Source: Felis catus (taxonomy: Eukaryota). Taken from it: DNA of 64,000 nucleotides. A program made the position numbers and the translations under genes. The stretch spans positions 176,020,001 through 176,084,000 of the forward strand of contig NC_058368.1 of the NCBI RefSeq assembly GCF_018350175.1. The letters are read 5' to 3'. Shown in pieces: positions 46,329-58,104 of the stretch. Numbering within the stretch: position 1 is the stretch's first letter; each line of letters starts with the position of its first letter. The notes under the pieces are model-generated. The model ran no database searches, was not told the DNA's origin, and was given only the letters and a program-made list of their open reading frames with translations.

Positions 46329-47745
46329 TTCTAGTGAGTTGGCAAAAAAGGAAGCATCCTCCATTTATATCAGCTTATAGCTCTCCCTCAAAGCAACCTG
46401 AGGCCAGAGATAGAGAAGCTAAATTTATCTGCTCTAACATAACTTGTTCCAGGGAATGCCCTGACCCCAACCCAGCTAGTATGTATATACCCCAAATCCA
46501 ATCTCCTTTGGTTGCAGCCTCCGGCTGGAAGGTCATCTCCCCGAATCTTTCATGTGCACGGTGGAAAGAAACCATTTGGGTATGGGGGGGGGGGGGGTGG
46601 GGGAAGGTGACAAAATGCTGGGAGAAGCACCTAGAAAGAGCTAGAGCTGTAGGAAGCAGAAAAGATGGTGCACTGAAGCCAGCTCTGCCTGCGGGGGGAG
46701 GAGGAGCGATGTGTCAGGCTCTGCCATGGGAACCGAGCGTAAACCATGGCTGTCTCATGCCATGGGCCACTGCAGCACGTTGACTGTTTCACTTACATCA
46801 CTCAAAGGCTGAAACAATAACATTCTCCCGCGTTGCTGGGTCAGCTGTTCGTTTGTTCGTCGGCTCCTGGGCTGGATGTGTGAAAGGCATCGCTTTTATA
46901 TTTTCCTCAGTGTAAATGTTTTATGTGTTCGCCTACTGATGTCCTGTTTGTTGCTTCCATTGTAAATATTTGTCATTTGTATTTATTATCTCCGTGTTTT
47001 CCCCCCAGGCATCAAATTGCTTATTATGTCCATTTAAACCCCTTCACTGATCTCGGTTGTATATTTTTCATTGCCACTGGTTTGTTTCTTCTCAGAAGTC
47101 AGGTAGATCTCCTTTGGTTCTGGTTCGTAATGTTTCGAGGCATACGGTAGTATTTATTGCTGAGGTTCTTTTGCTCGAAACTGAGTAAAGTCCAAATTCC
47201 TGTAAGGGTTGACAGAGGCATTTGTACAATCTAAAATGTAAGCAAAGAAGTCATTAAAAATAGACACTCAGCTTGGGCTTCATACTTCATACAAATTTAC
47301 TCATGAGCCTTCCTTTAAGGAAGGATGTGGATTTCCAAATAAAGATACGGTGTTTATTTTGAGCTTTGCATCTTAACAAGATGATCTGAACACCTCTCCT
47401 TTGTATCAATAAATAGCCCTGTTATTCTCAAAGGAGAGGACCACCCTAGTACCATGAAATGCTGACACCTGACACCAAATAAATAGAAAACACCAGCCCA
47501 GAGCTGTAGTCATACTTAGACACACACACAAAGAGAGAAACTTAAGCGTGAACCAAGCAAAAGGCTTTTCTAGAACAACATGGAAAAACAATGCTACCAG
47601 GGCCCATTTCCTACGGAAGAACAACCTCATCTGATCTCAGAATTGGCACCACGTGAGCTTGCTAAGTCATAACGTCTATCTCTGTTACGGATTTAGGCAG
47701 CAGGACCTGTACACTGTCACATGGCATTATTTTTCTCCAATCGTG

Positions 47746-47751
47746 AATAAA
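47746..47751 (+). terminator. STC2: Distal polyadenylation signal AATAAA (additional AATAAA at 47338, 47408, 47478)
   Basis: Canonical hexamer, upstream TGTA (47708), downstream GU-rich gtaagtgttcctgtc. Confidence 0.65.
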
Positions 47752-50185
47752 GATTTGAAATCAATGGCTTTCCCTTGAGTAAGTGTTCCTGTCTGAGAGC
47801 GCTTTGGACATCCAGTGTGTGGGGGGAAGGCTGTGAGCAAGTGAGCCTTTGAGTCCGTTTAAAATGCTGGGTGTTCCGTTTACGGGGCGGGGGGGGGGGG
47901 GGGGGGGGACCAGGTGAAGATGACCAGCCTGGGCTTCTCCTCCATTAGAGGCACTCTGTCCAATCCGCTGCCTGAGTCGCCAAGACAAAGAGGAAGATGC
48001 ACTCCGTGCAGCCTGCCTAGAGGCGCCAGTCCCTCTGGTCTCACCTGTGCATCTCCCCTGTGGCCTGGCCACCCTTTCTTTCACACTGAGCTTGCGGCAA
48101 GTGCCACCAGCGGGACAGCTCAGCGGCCTGGCACCAGCAGGGAAGCTCACTGCCGCCTCACCACAGCAGAGCAGAGCTTGGAGTTCCTGGTTCCCCCCAG
48201 GGTACACGCCACTGGTGTGCCGACCACGTGCCGGGCGCCATTTTGCATCTGTTACCTCCTCCGGACTCCGTCCTACAAGTAGTGGGTATCACCCCCATTT
48301 TACAGGCGCAGGAACTGAGCTGGGGGAAGGTCAGCTGGTCCCAAGCCCCACCATGTGGCTAGTGAGGGGGGGGGGGGCCTGCACCCAAACCCAGATCTGT
48401 GACTCTAAGCCCACCTGCTTTCCCCTTCTTCGGGCTTAGAACCTCCACATTTGATTTCTTCTTAATTTAAACCAATCACTAGTATGCCCATTTCACACAA
48501 GGCTTAGAGAAAGAATAATTATACTCTTATATTTATAGCACCTCTGAGGAGCTCTGCTGTAGAACGGAAAGGAAAATTGTTGCCCTCACCTTTCCTCTCG
48601 GCAAAGACTCAAATTTTGGTTCAGATAAGGGAGAGCAGGAGAATCGTGGAGTCTCATCACTTTTCTGTGCACATAGGTAGTTTTTTTTTTAAGGCTCTCT
48701 CGGGCGCGGCTGAGGGGAGCTTTGGGGAGCGGCTGGCTTTTCTGAATATGCAGCTAGAACTCTCTCCACTAAACCCACCCAATCACCAGCTCCATCTGAG
48801 AAGCCAGGCTCCCCGGAAATCCTCACCACCCTCCTCGTGACACCTGCAGTTTCTATTGTGTGCCCCCCCACGCACTTTATGGGCATTATTTCTGAACCCC
48901 ATTTTGCGCATGGAGAAACTGAGGCTCAAAGGCATCTTAATATGCCTGGAGCTCGTCACAAGGCCAGCGAGCTCTAGACTCGGCGTGCCAACCCACCGAG
49001 GGCTCGCTCTGCTCAGTCTTACTCCCGATTTCTCACCCCGGGTGTGAAAACGTGGGTGAAATACACCGTGTTCAAAAATGGCAGCTGGCTCCCCGCCCCC
49101 CCCCCCCCCCAGCCCTCGGGACTGCTCCCATCCATCAGTTCAGGAATTATTAGACTGTGGGAGGAAGAAGGCAGAAGGGCTTCCAAGTATGCTGGTATTT
49201 AAGCAAAGTTTCCAAAGGAAGCTGGAGCTTGCGCGCCCCAAAATCTGGAGACAGAAATCTGAATTTGTTCTAAAGTCAACACAAAAGAGAGCCCCCTGCC
49301 GAGGAAGGGACAAGCCTTGGCCAGAGAACAGGTTTCATGTGAAATTATTTTTTGTGGGCGGAGAAGAGAAGAAAAGAGCAACAAAAGCCTTGGGCTAGGA
49401 GTCATGCGTTGCTACTTGCATAAGCAGCTCAGAACACACACACCAAAAGCCACTCCCCAAAGGGAACGGAAAAAAACCCACGAAGCCAACCGCAGCTTAT
49501 GCACGAAACGGGCCCCACCGGGATGAGCCCCGATGTCTGCTCCACAGAACCCAAGCCCGGTGGCCCTTGAGGGCGCGCGTCCGCCTCGCCAGCGCTTGAC
49601 ATCAGGTCTGCCCAGGTGAACTAAAAGCGTGAGGGACAAGCAACAGTCCCCCCGACGGAATTCTCAGAGGCGGGGGCAACTGTTCACAAGGTGTGGACGA
49701 CAATCAGCTGGTTCCACTTTTCCTCAGAGAGTTTTCAGGACTTTTTATAGTGCTTCAAGTTAAGGGGAGTGCCCACATGCATGGAAAGAAGTGGGATGCT
49801 AACAAGGATGGGGACCAGCCGCCTGCTGGCCCTCCCGAGTCAGGAATGGCACTCAGCAACGGACGGAGGGTGCCAGAGAGGGCCCAAGACCTCTCACAGT
49901 GTGGCTCCCTCAGAGTGACAGACGGAGACTGGCTTCCCTAAGTGAACTTAGAGAACCCTGCAGCACCTTCTTCAAATCCAAACTGGGATTTTGATTTCGT
50001 CCTTGGTACCGTAACAACTCCAGGACCTCAATGCCATGAGGGAAGAGACCATGTCACTTGCACACAGTTTCGTGTCTCCCCAGCAGCCCAGCCATTGCAC
50101 AGAGTGAATGTATGAATGAAGGTCTAGAAGAGTGCCCAGCTGTCAAATCAGACCCATTTCAATTCACTTCTAAAGCAAATATACC

Positions 50186-50626
50186 GGGGCGCCTGGGTGG
50201 CTCGGTCGGTGAAGCGTCCCACTTCGGCTCAGGTCATGATCTCGCGGTCCGTGAGTTCGAGCCCCGCGTCGGGCTCTGTGCTGACAGCTCAGAGCCTGGA
50301 GCCTGTTTCAGATTCTGTGTCTCCCTCTCTCTCTGCCCCTCCCCTGTTCATGCTCTGTCTCTCTCTGTCTCAAAAATAAATAAACGGGGGCGCCTGGGTG
50401 GCTCAGTCAGTTAAGCCTCCGACTTTAGCTCAGGTCATGATCTCGCGGTCCGTGGGTTCGAGCCCCACGTCGGGCTCTGGGCTGACGGCTCAGAGCCTGG
50501 AGCCTGTTCCCGATTCTGTGTCTCCCTCTCTCTCTGCCCCTCCCCTGTTCATGGTCTGTCTCTCTCTGTCTCAAAAATAAATAAACGTTAAAAAAAATTT
50601 TTTTATTTAAATAAATAAATAAAAAA
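50186..50626 (+). mobile_element. Two head-to-tail felid SINEs (second starts at 50386 in the tail of the first)
   Basis: Two SINE heads; outer TSD taaagcaaatatacc (50171-50185 / 50627-50641). Confidence 0.93.
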
Positions 50627-53494
50627 TAAAGCAAATATACCCTTCTGTCCTTGTGAGAGGCCCCAACATGTCATAGAATCAGTGAGTGGCTATCAAAATT
50701 GAAAATCACTGAGAAGCCTATAATTGTGGCATCAGGGGACACAGACAGGACTAGTGATCCAGCCCCTTACTTGTCTTGTACTAGGTCAATCTCCCTCTCC
50801 CTCCCTCTCTCTCTCTCTCTAATAACAACTGAAAAACCAAATCAGGACTGGCCCTGAGATTTTGGCAAATCTGTTAAACTTTCTAAGCCTGTTTCCTCAG
50901 CTACAAACATAAGGAAACGAACAGCTACCCAGCTTCCCTCACAGTGGTCGGTGAGCACGAGACAGCTGAAACTGCACCGGAGTCACAATACGTGGAAAAG
51001 TCTTCGAAGCCCATGAAATGCCCTGCAAAGGCTGGGTGCCCTTTCTCCCGGCCATTTTGGGAGGCTTCTCCCCTACAGCCAAGAGTACAGACGGGACGAG
51101 CGGCCCAACCTTTCCACTGTCTCAGCGGTTCTGTGAGGCGGGTACAAAGCCTTTCGTGGCCAGGGCCACGGTGCCGGTGGGGGGCGGGGCAGGGGCAGTC
51201 CCGCGTGGTGGGAGCGTTCCCTGAAGCAGACACGAGGGTGGCCGAGACCCTGGAGCAAGGCCCCGCCCCTCTCTTGATGGGAGGGTGGCCCCCAAGCAGC
51301 TCCCTGATGCTGCACCTCCTGACAGAGGCAAGTGCCCAGGGGAGCTCTGAGGGGCGGGCTGGGCCAGGCAGCAGCAGGGCCATGCGAGGGAGCACCGGGC
51401 CTTCCTGCCAGGCTCTGTCTGCAAACCTCAAGGCAAAGGTCCCCGCAGAAAAGCCAGTTAATAAACCTCCCTAATGAGAAAGGAAAGCAGAGGCTGACCG
51501 AGATGAGGGAGGGAAGAGAGTCAGGGCCAGAACCCAGTCGGCTCCGCTCTGTGCCAAGGCTCCTGAGAGTTTGACATTTGGAAAAGATCTGGCCTGGTGG
51601 AGCCAAGGATTTGGGACAGGGCTCCTTCCGGCTCCTGGGAGTGTCAAGAAGAAGAGAAGGAGGAGGAGGAAAATGACTCAGCTGAAACGAAGAGAAATGT
51701 ATTTTTAAAAAGCAAAACGATGAGAGGCACAAAGGAACAACATGGAGCCCCAGGATAGGGTCCAAATGCCTCCTCAGAGTAAGTGGGACGCATCTACAAA
51801 AAGCTCGAGAGCTCGCTGGGGTTCCGAAACCAAGAATAACACCAGGAAAATGAAGAGAGTCCTTGGGGCCTGCCAGGCCTATGGGCCCCAGGGGCTGGTG
51901 CCCACCACCGCAGGAAAAATGCTGAAAGCCACCCAGCAGTGAGGAAGCCTCTCCACACTTTTGATTCCGAGGATGCAGTGCGTTCTGTGACCAAGGAGTT
52001 GGGTAGAAAGGTGACCTCGGGCTCAGTCACCTGGGGGGGGGGGGGCTGGCGCGGGCCCTGTGACTCCTCCCTCGCTCTGTTACAGTATTACATCCACAAA
52101 ACCATGGGGGGGGGGGCGCGAGGGAGGGAGGTGGAAGGAGGCACCCTCCCCAGAGGTTGCCATAATTCCGTCCCTTCCGACAGCCAAGGTCAGATGACCC
52201 TGATTGCAAAAGCTTCATCTTGAAACATTCAGTGGAGAACAAACGTGATAATGAGAAGAGATGCGAGAACCACGCGAAGCCACAGCTCTGTGTGTCCCTT
52301 CCCTCGGGTCATCCAGTAAGTGCTGGGTTCGCATCGGGGCTCCGCCTCCTCCCAAGCATGGAACTCTGTGGAAACTCACATTTCTAGAAAAGGAGGGGGT
52401 TGGGAGGAAGACTGCAGCTCCGCATGGCCTAAGAACCGCAACCCCTCAGGGGCAGGTCAACCCTACCAGCCTTTTGTAAGGGTGTCCCAACCTCCTCTTA
52501 CCCAGAGGCTCCTGTCACTGGGGAAACCATCCATATGTGTTTTCCTGGGAGGATGTAAAGCAGGGAGGCCAGCCTGGCGGGGAACACGATGATGGATACA
52601 GAGAAAGACCCCAGGAGGGGGTCAGCAGATCAAACCCCAATGCCCCAACTGTCCCGAAGTAAGAAGCCGGGGGTAGGGGGGAGGGCAGAGGGGTACTCCC
52701 CTGCCCCTGTGAGGAAACTCCTTGACTGTATCCCCGACATTCTGAAAGAAAACGGGAAACCAGCAGAGAACCCCTCGCCCCCCAGACCGTACGTCATCCC
52801 AGCATCTTCAAGAAGAGAAGCCATTTCTCTGACCCATTCAAACAACTGCCAGCACCTGAAGGGGACTCGGGGACTGGGGGCGTGGGGGGCCCTCTGGCCT
52901 CCTAACGGCCGCAGCTCTGCAGAAGGAATGGGGCCAGCTGCCCTCTCAAGGCCCTTCCCTGCCAGGCATGAATGTCCTAGGAGTCCTTTACCACAGGCAG
53001 AGATGGAAGTAACCTCCACACGCATGTTTCAAGGGCCTGGGGCCTCAGAAGCTGCGTCAGTTGGGGAAGCAGAGACAGAATTAAAAGTGTGCAAGATTTG
53101 TTGGGGAAAGGCTGGGAAGGCTCAGGTGGAGAGCAGGAGCGGGCAGACAGAGCCTCAGGCCACGGTGCAGGCCTGACATCTGCAAAGGGGGAGGAGGAGA
53201 AGGAAGGGGGAGCTGAGTGAGACTGCAGTGAAGGCCTGGGGACCCCAGAGCAAGGTGTGACGCTAGAGATGGGCTGAGTGGGGCAGAAATGGCCGGCTCT
53301 GTTCCCTACTGCTTTGTGGTCGGTGGTTGCTGGGAACAGCCTGGGGAGAGTGTGGCTCAGCCTCGACACCGTGACAGGCTCCAAAGGAGAGGCAGGTGGA
53401 GGCTGAGCTCCCTACACCCTGCACAGCAGGGAGACCTGAGCAGCACGCTCCCATCGCTGCTCATTGGCAACACTTTTTAAAAAACACCTTTCTA

Positions 53495-53734
53495 GGGGCG
53501 CCTGGGTGGCGCAGTCGGTTGGGCGTCCGACTTCAGCCAGGTCACGATCTCGCGGTCCGGGAGTTCGAGCCCCGCATCAGGCTCTGGGCTGATGGCTCAG
53601 AGCCTGGAGCCTGTTTCTGATTCTGTGTCTCCCTCTCTCTCTGCCCCTCCCCCGTTCATGCTCTGTCTCTCTCTGTCCCAAAAATAAATAAACGTTGAAA
53701 AAATAAATAAATAAAATAAAAAATAAATAAACAA
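53495..53734 (+). mobile_element. Young felid SINE (SINEC_Fc-type)
   Basis: Perfect TSD taaaaaacacctttct (53478-53493 / 53735-53750). Confidence 0.95.
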
Positions 53735-53750
53735 TAAAAAACACCTTTCT

Positions 53751-53940
53751 TTAAATGTATTTTGAGAGAGAGAGCACGCGCACGTGCGCGCGAGCAGGGG
53801 AGGGGCAGAGAGAGGAAGAGAGAGAATCCCAAGCAGCCTCCACACTGTCAGCGCAGAGCCTGACACAGGCCTCGAATCCATGAACTGTGAGATCATGACC
53901 CAAGCCGAAACCAAGAGTCAGACGCCCAACCGACCGAGCA
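53751..53940 (-). mobile_element. Older Can-SINE, head truncated
   Basis: Reverse SINE body gagatcatgacccaagccgaaaccaagagtcagacgc. Confidence 0.85.
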
Positions 53941-54083
53941 TCTTTAAGCAGAGGACTATACTTAGTTCTTGAGAACGGTTCTACCCATGACCAGCCCTGA
54001 GGCAAGGGGCTTCACGGAGTTGTTGTGAGAAACGAAGTAGAGAATGAAAGCAAGGGTAATTTTCAAACAAGAAGGCACACCCT

Positions 54084-54405
54084 TAGAGGTTCACAAAATG
54101 GTCGCTCACAGGTCAAATACTGCCTGTACGTGTATTTGGTTTAACTCACATGTCGATAATTTTTTTTAAGCCAAATTAGTTGCTAGCACATACAAGCCGT
54201 AAAAATCCAGATGTCCAGCTTCTCTTCGAGAATAAAAACATCCACCAATCCCAAGTCCATGTTCCAGCTCAGCACGGTCCCCCCACTCCCTATTGTCTTA
54301 CACTCTACCTGTTTCCCTCGCACACTGGGTGAGCCTGGCCCCTGTAGGCCACCTGTCTACACTCGTGGATGCGGCCAAGCCATTCACGGTCATTCCATTC
54401 CCTTT
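54084..54405 (+). mobile_element. MER102-like hAT-Charlie element
   Basis: aattagttgctagc...taaaaatccagatgtccagcttctctt...ccccactccctattgtcttacac motifs. Confidence 0.6.
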
Positions 54406-55469
54406 GGGGATATAAAGAGGTACATTTAGAAAACCTAAAAGGAGTTCCAGGATATTAAAACATAAGCGAGAAAAATGAAAAATTCAATAAAACAACCGGG
54501 AGACCAATTTGGGAAAAATCCCGCAGAAAGAGATGAATCATGGAAGAGAAAAGGTAAGGAAGAAAATCAGTCTCAGAGATTTAACATCCGACCAGCAGGA
54601 ATTCCAGAATAAGGGAACAGAGGAAACGGCAGGGAAAAAATAATCTAAGAAATAGTAGAGAACCTAAGAACGCGACTTATCTGCCTGAAAAGACTGAAAG
54701 AGGACCTGACAATGAATGAAAAACTGCCCAAGAAGAAATGTTTGTGAAATTTCATTTTCACAAAATTTCATTTCATTTTTGTGAAATTTTGAAACTCCTA
54801 GGAAGAAAGGGGGGGAAAGATCCCAAAAGCTTCTAAGGGGCAGGGGGAGGAGTAACATACAAAGAATCAAGAATCGGTATGGCCTCAGACTTCTCAACAG
54901 CAGTTTTGGAAGCCAGAGACAAAGGAGCAAGCCTTCACCACTGTGAGGGAAGTAATACTACACCCAGTCAGATCATCAATTAAGTGGAGTACAATCCAGA
55001 TATTTTTCAAAAATGCCAAGTCCCCAAAAATGTCCTTCTTAAATATCCTTTCACAGGAAGCTCAGAGGCTGTGTTCCACCAAAAGGCGGGAGTAAAGTGG
55101 GAACAAAGACATAATCAGATCCGGGAAGCAGAGATCGAGCACAGGGGAAGGAAAGGGAAGAGGCTTCCCAGGATGGTGGGAAGAGGAGTCCAAGGTGAGG
55201 AGAGCAGGGGGCAGAGGGGAATGCAGATGGTCACTTCATGTCAGAGGGCTGAGGGGTAAGTTAGTGATGCTTAAATTAGCTCCAGGAAACTAAGCACACC
55301 AAAAACGAGCAAAAGACTCAAACAGGCATTTTACAACAGAAGATGTCCAAATAGCTAACAAGCAGATGAAAAAAGGTGTCAGCAACATTAGTCATTAAGA
55401 AAATGCAAATTAAGACCACAAGGATGATCACTATCCACCCAGAAGAATTGATCAAGTTAAGAATGATAC

Positions 55470-55659
55470 GGGCGCCTGGGTGGCTCAGTCGGTTGAGCAT
55501 CCGACTTCAGCTCAGGTCATGATCTCGCCGCCCGTGAATTTGAGCCCCGTGTCGGGGGATGACAGCTCAGAGCCTGGAGCCCGCTTCAGAATCCGTGTCT
55601 CCCTCTCTCTCTGCCCCTCCCCACCCCAAGGTAAAATTTAAAGAACATTAAAAAAATTT
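55470..55659 (+). mobile_element. Can-SINE within L1
   Basis: SINE head; TSD ttaagaatga. Confidence 0.9.
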
Positions 55660-56032
55660 TTAAGAATGACAGGCAATCCCAAGTGCTGAGGAGGAGCCCC
55701 TTCATATGTTGCTGATGGGGGCCAAATGGTGCCTACAACACTCTGCAAAGCTCTGTGGCAATTTCTTATAAAGGTAAACATACATCCACCCTATGGCAGC
55801 AACCCCACTCCTAGGCATATGTCCACAGAAATGAGTACATAGAGCCGGAAAAATACTAGTTCAAGAATATTCAGGGTAGTTTTATGCATAATAGCCAAAA
55901 ACTGGAACCAGCCCAAATGTCCATGGATAAACAAAGTGTGATATTTCCATCCAAGGAATGCAACTCATCATTAAAAAGGAATGAATGACTGATACACACA
56001 AGCACACGAGTGAATCTGTAAATGATGAGGGT

Positions 56033-56255
56033 GGGGCGCCTGGGTGGCTTAGGCAGTTAAGCGTCGGACTTCGGCTCAGGTTATGATCCCACAGTTCATG
56101 AGTTCAAGCCCCACTTTGGGCTCTCTGCTGTCAGCAAAAAGCCCGCTTTGGATCTCTGTCCTCCTCACTCTCTGCCCCTGCCCGCTCACACTTTTTCTCT
56201 CTCTCCCTCTCTCTATCTCTCTCAAAAATAAACATTATAAATAAATAAATAAAAA
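56033..56255 (+). mobile_element. Can-SINE within L1
   Basis: SINE head and tail; TSD gatgagggt. Confidence 0.9.
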
Positions 56256-57878
56256 CACGATGAGGGTAAGAAGTCAGTCAAAAAAGAATACACGTGGTAT
56301 CAGTCTATTTATATAAGTTTCAAAAACAGAAAAAAACAGTCTATGGAGTTGGAATCCAAAAAAGTGGTTATCTCTGGGGTGGGGGAGGAGTGGTTATCTC
56401 TACGGTGGGTATTAACTGACAGGGACACAAGGGAACTTTCTGGGATGTCATATGTCTGGTGTCACAGGTACATCACATGTAAAAGCCATTAAGCCGGGCA
56501 CTTAAGAGATTCATATTCTGTTACACGTAATTTACTCCTCAATAAAGCCTCGAAAGAAAACTAAACAAACCAAAAAAGATTCATTATTAATTGCATGAAA
56601 AGCAAAATGTTATATTTAAAAAGAAAATGTAGTTGTGGGATACTCCCTGTACTACAGACAGTAATTACACAGTGGTAATAATGGAGAAATACACTATCTA
56701 TGGATTCAACCAGAATCCATATTGGCCAGATAGGGCAGGAGGGCAGTATGTGAGGGTAGCAGAAGGTGAGGGGATGAGCAAAGAAAGCTACATCCAAATA
56801 TTTTGTAGCATGAAGTCATAGATAATGTCTAAAATCAAATACACAACGAAATAGCATGAAGGTGTATTATGCAGACATCTGGAGGAAAATACTCGAAGAA
56901 ACAGCTAAAAGACAGCAAGGGGTTGTCAGTGGGGAGTGGCAGGGCAGGTCATTTGGGTCTGCTAGAATTAGGTTTGGCAGAAAGAAAGAGAAACCCAAAA
57001 CAAAAGCCCATCCTGGAAACAGAAATGCATTTCTGTGCCAGGTAAAAGACTGAAGATAAGCAACTCGGGGCTGCTCCACAAAGTTCTCAAATACTCTGGC
57101 TCCTTTTTCTTGCTGCTAGACCACACATGGCCTCCCATTTCAAGATCACCTTATAGTTCAATATGGCTGCTCCAGCTCCCGCCATCAAATCCATATTCCT
57201 GCCAGTTGGGTGGGAAAGGGGACAAAGATGAAAAAGAGAGTATATTCCAGTTGTCCTTCCAGGATGTTTCCCTGACATGACCACACAACACTTCTGTGTC
57301 AATCCCACTGGCCAGAACTGAGTCCCATGGTCGTTCCCCGCTGCAAAGGGGAGCTGGAAAAAAAACCATCTCTATTCTGGAAAAGGAGTCTGTGCCAATA
57401 GAACTTGTGTTTAAAATGTTTAACTATATATAGGTACTACTTAGCTGAAACTTAAAATTTAAGTGAAAAGGAACAGCGTGAGCAGCCACCAGCCAAGGGA
57501 AGAGCGGTTTCCCTTGCGCGGGGTGGACCAGCACAGCAGGCTCGTGGGCCTTGAGCACACAACTGGGCAGGCGGCTGAAAACACCTAACGAGAGCATGAA
57601 CGCCACCTCGGGCCTCCCACCAGAACCAGGGAACAGGAGCAGGCCCACAGAAGGAAGACTGAGAAGCTGACGTCAGGGAATTAAGGTATTGGGTAGCGCA
57701 CACAGGGCAATAACCTGGCACCGGTCCAGGTAACTGCGAGACAACGGCCCTGCAGGCAGCCCCAAGCTCTGAAATCTTTCTTCAACTTCCACATTTAGAC
57801 CAGGGTTTCAAAAGATGACGTTGCACGATGCCCCTGAGAGACAGAAATGGTTATTCCCCCTTTACAGATAAAGAGCCA

Positions 57879-58104
57879 GGGGCGCCTGGGTGGCTCAGTC
57901 GGTTAAGTGTCCTACTCTTGATTTCAGCTCAGGTCATGATCTCAGAGTTTGGGAGTTCAAGCCCCGTGTTGGGCTCTGTGCTGACGGTGCAGAGCCTGCT
58001 TGGGATTCTCTTCTTCCGTGCCACCCCCTCCAGCTCGCTCTCTCTCTCTCTCAAAATAAATAAACATGAAAAAAATAATAATAAATAAATTTAAAAAAAA
58101 AAAA
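57879..58104 (+). mobile_element. Can-SINE inserted into a MIR
   Basis: SINE head and tail; TSD-like acagataaa; MIR core continues on both sides. Confidence 0.88.

Larger units (their letters stand above)
44640..47770 (+). other. STC2: STC2 3'UTR (long isoform, ~3.1 kb)
   Basis: Follows the stop codon; AU-rich distal part; ends near AATAAA 47746 with downstream GU-rich sequence. The exact end is inferred. Confidence 0.7.
54440..56545 (+). mobile_element. Degenerate ancient L1 (ORF1-like remnant, then ORF2-end/3'UTR) interrupted by two SINEs
   Basis: cagacttctcaacagcag...ggaagccagagaca (ORF1 C-terminus-like); aacaggcattttacaacagaagatgtccaaatagc, gcaaccccactcctaggcatat, aactggaaccagcccaaatgtcca (L1 3' end). 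Confidence 0.7.

Noticed and set aside
50925..53176. Cluster of 130-230 aa ORFs downstream of STC2
   Set aside because: GC-rich intergenic DNA; no coherent exon structure or recognisable domain
54744..54795. Short inverted/direct repeat (tttcacaaaa...ttttgtgaaa)
   Set aside because: Local slippage or template-switch scar inside a decayed L1; no evidence of function
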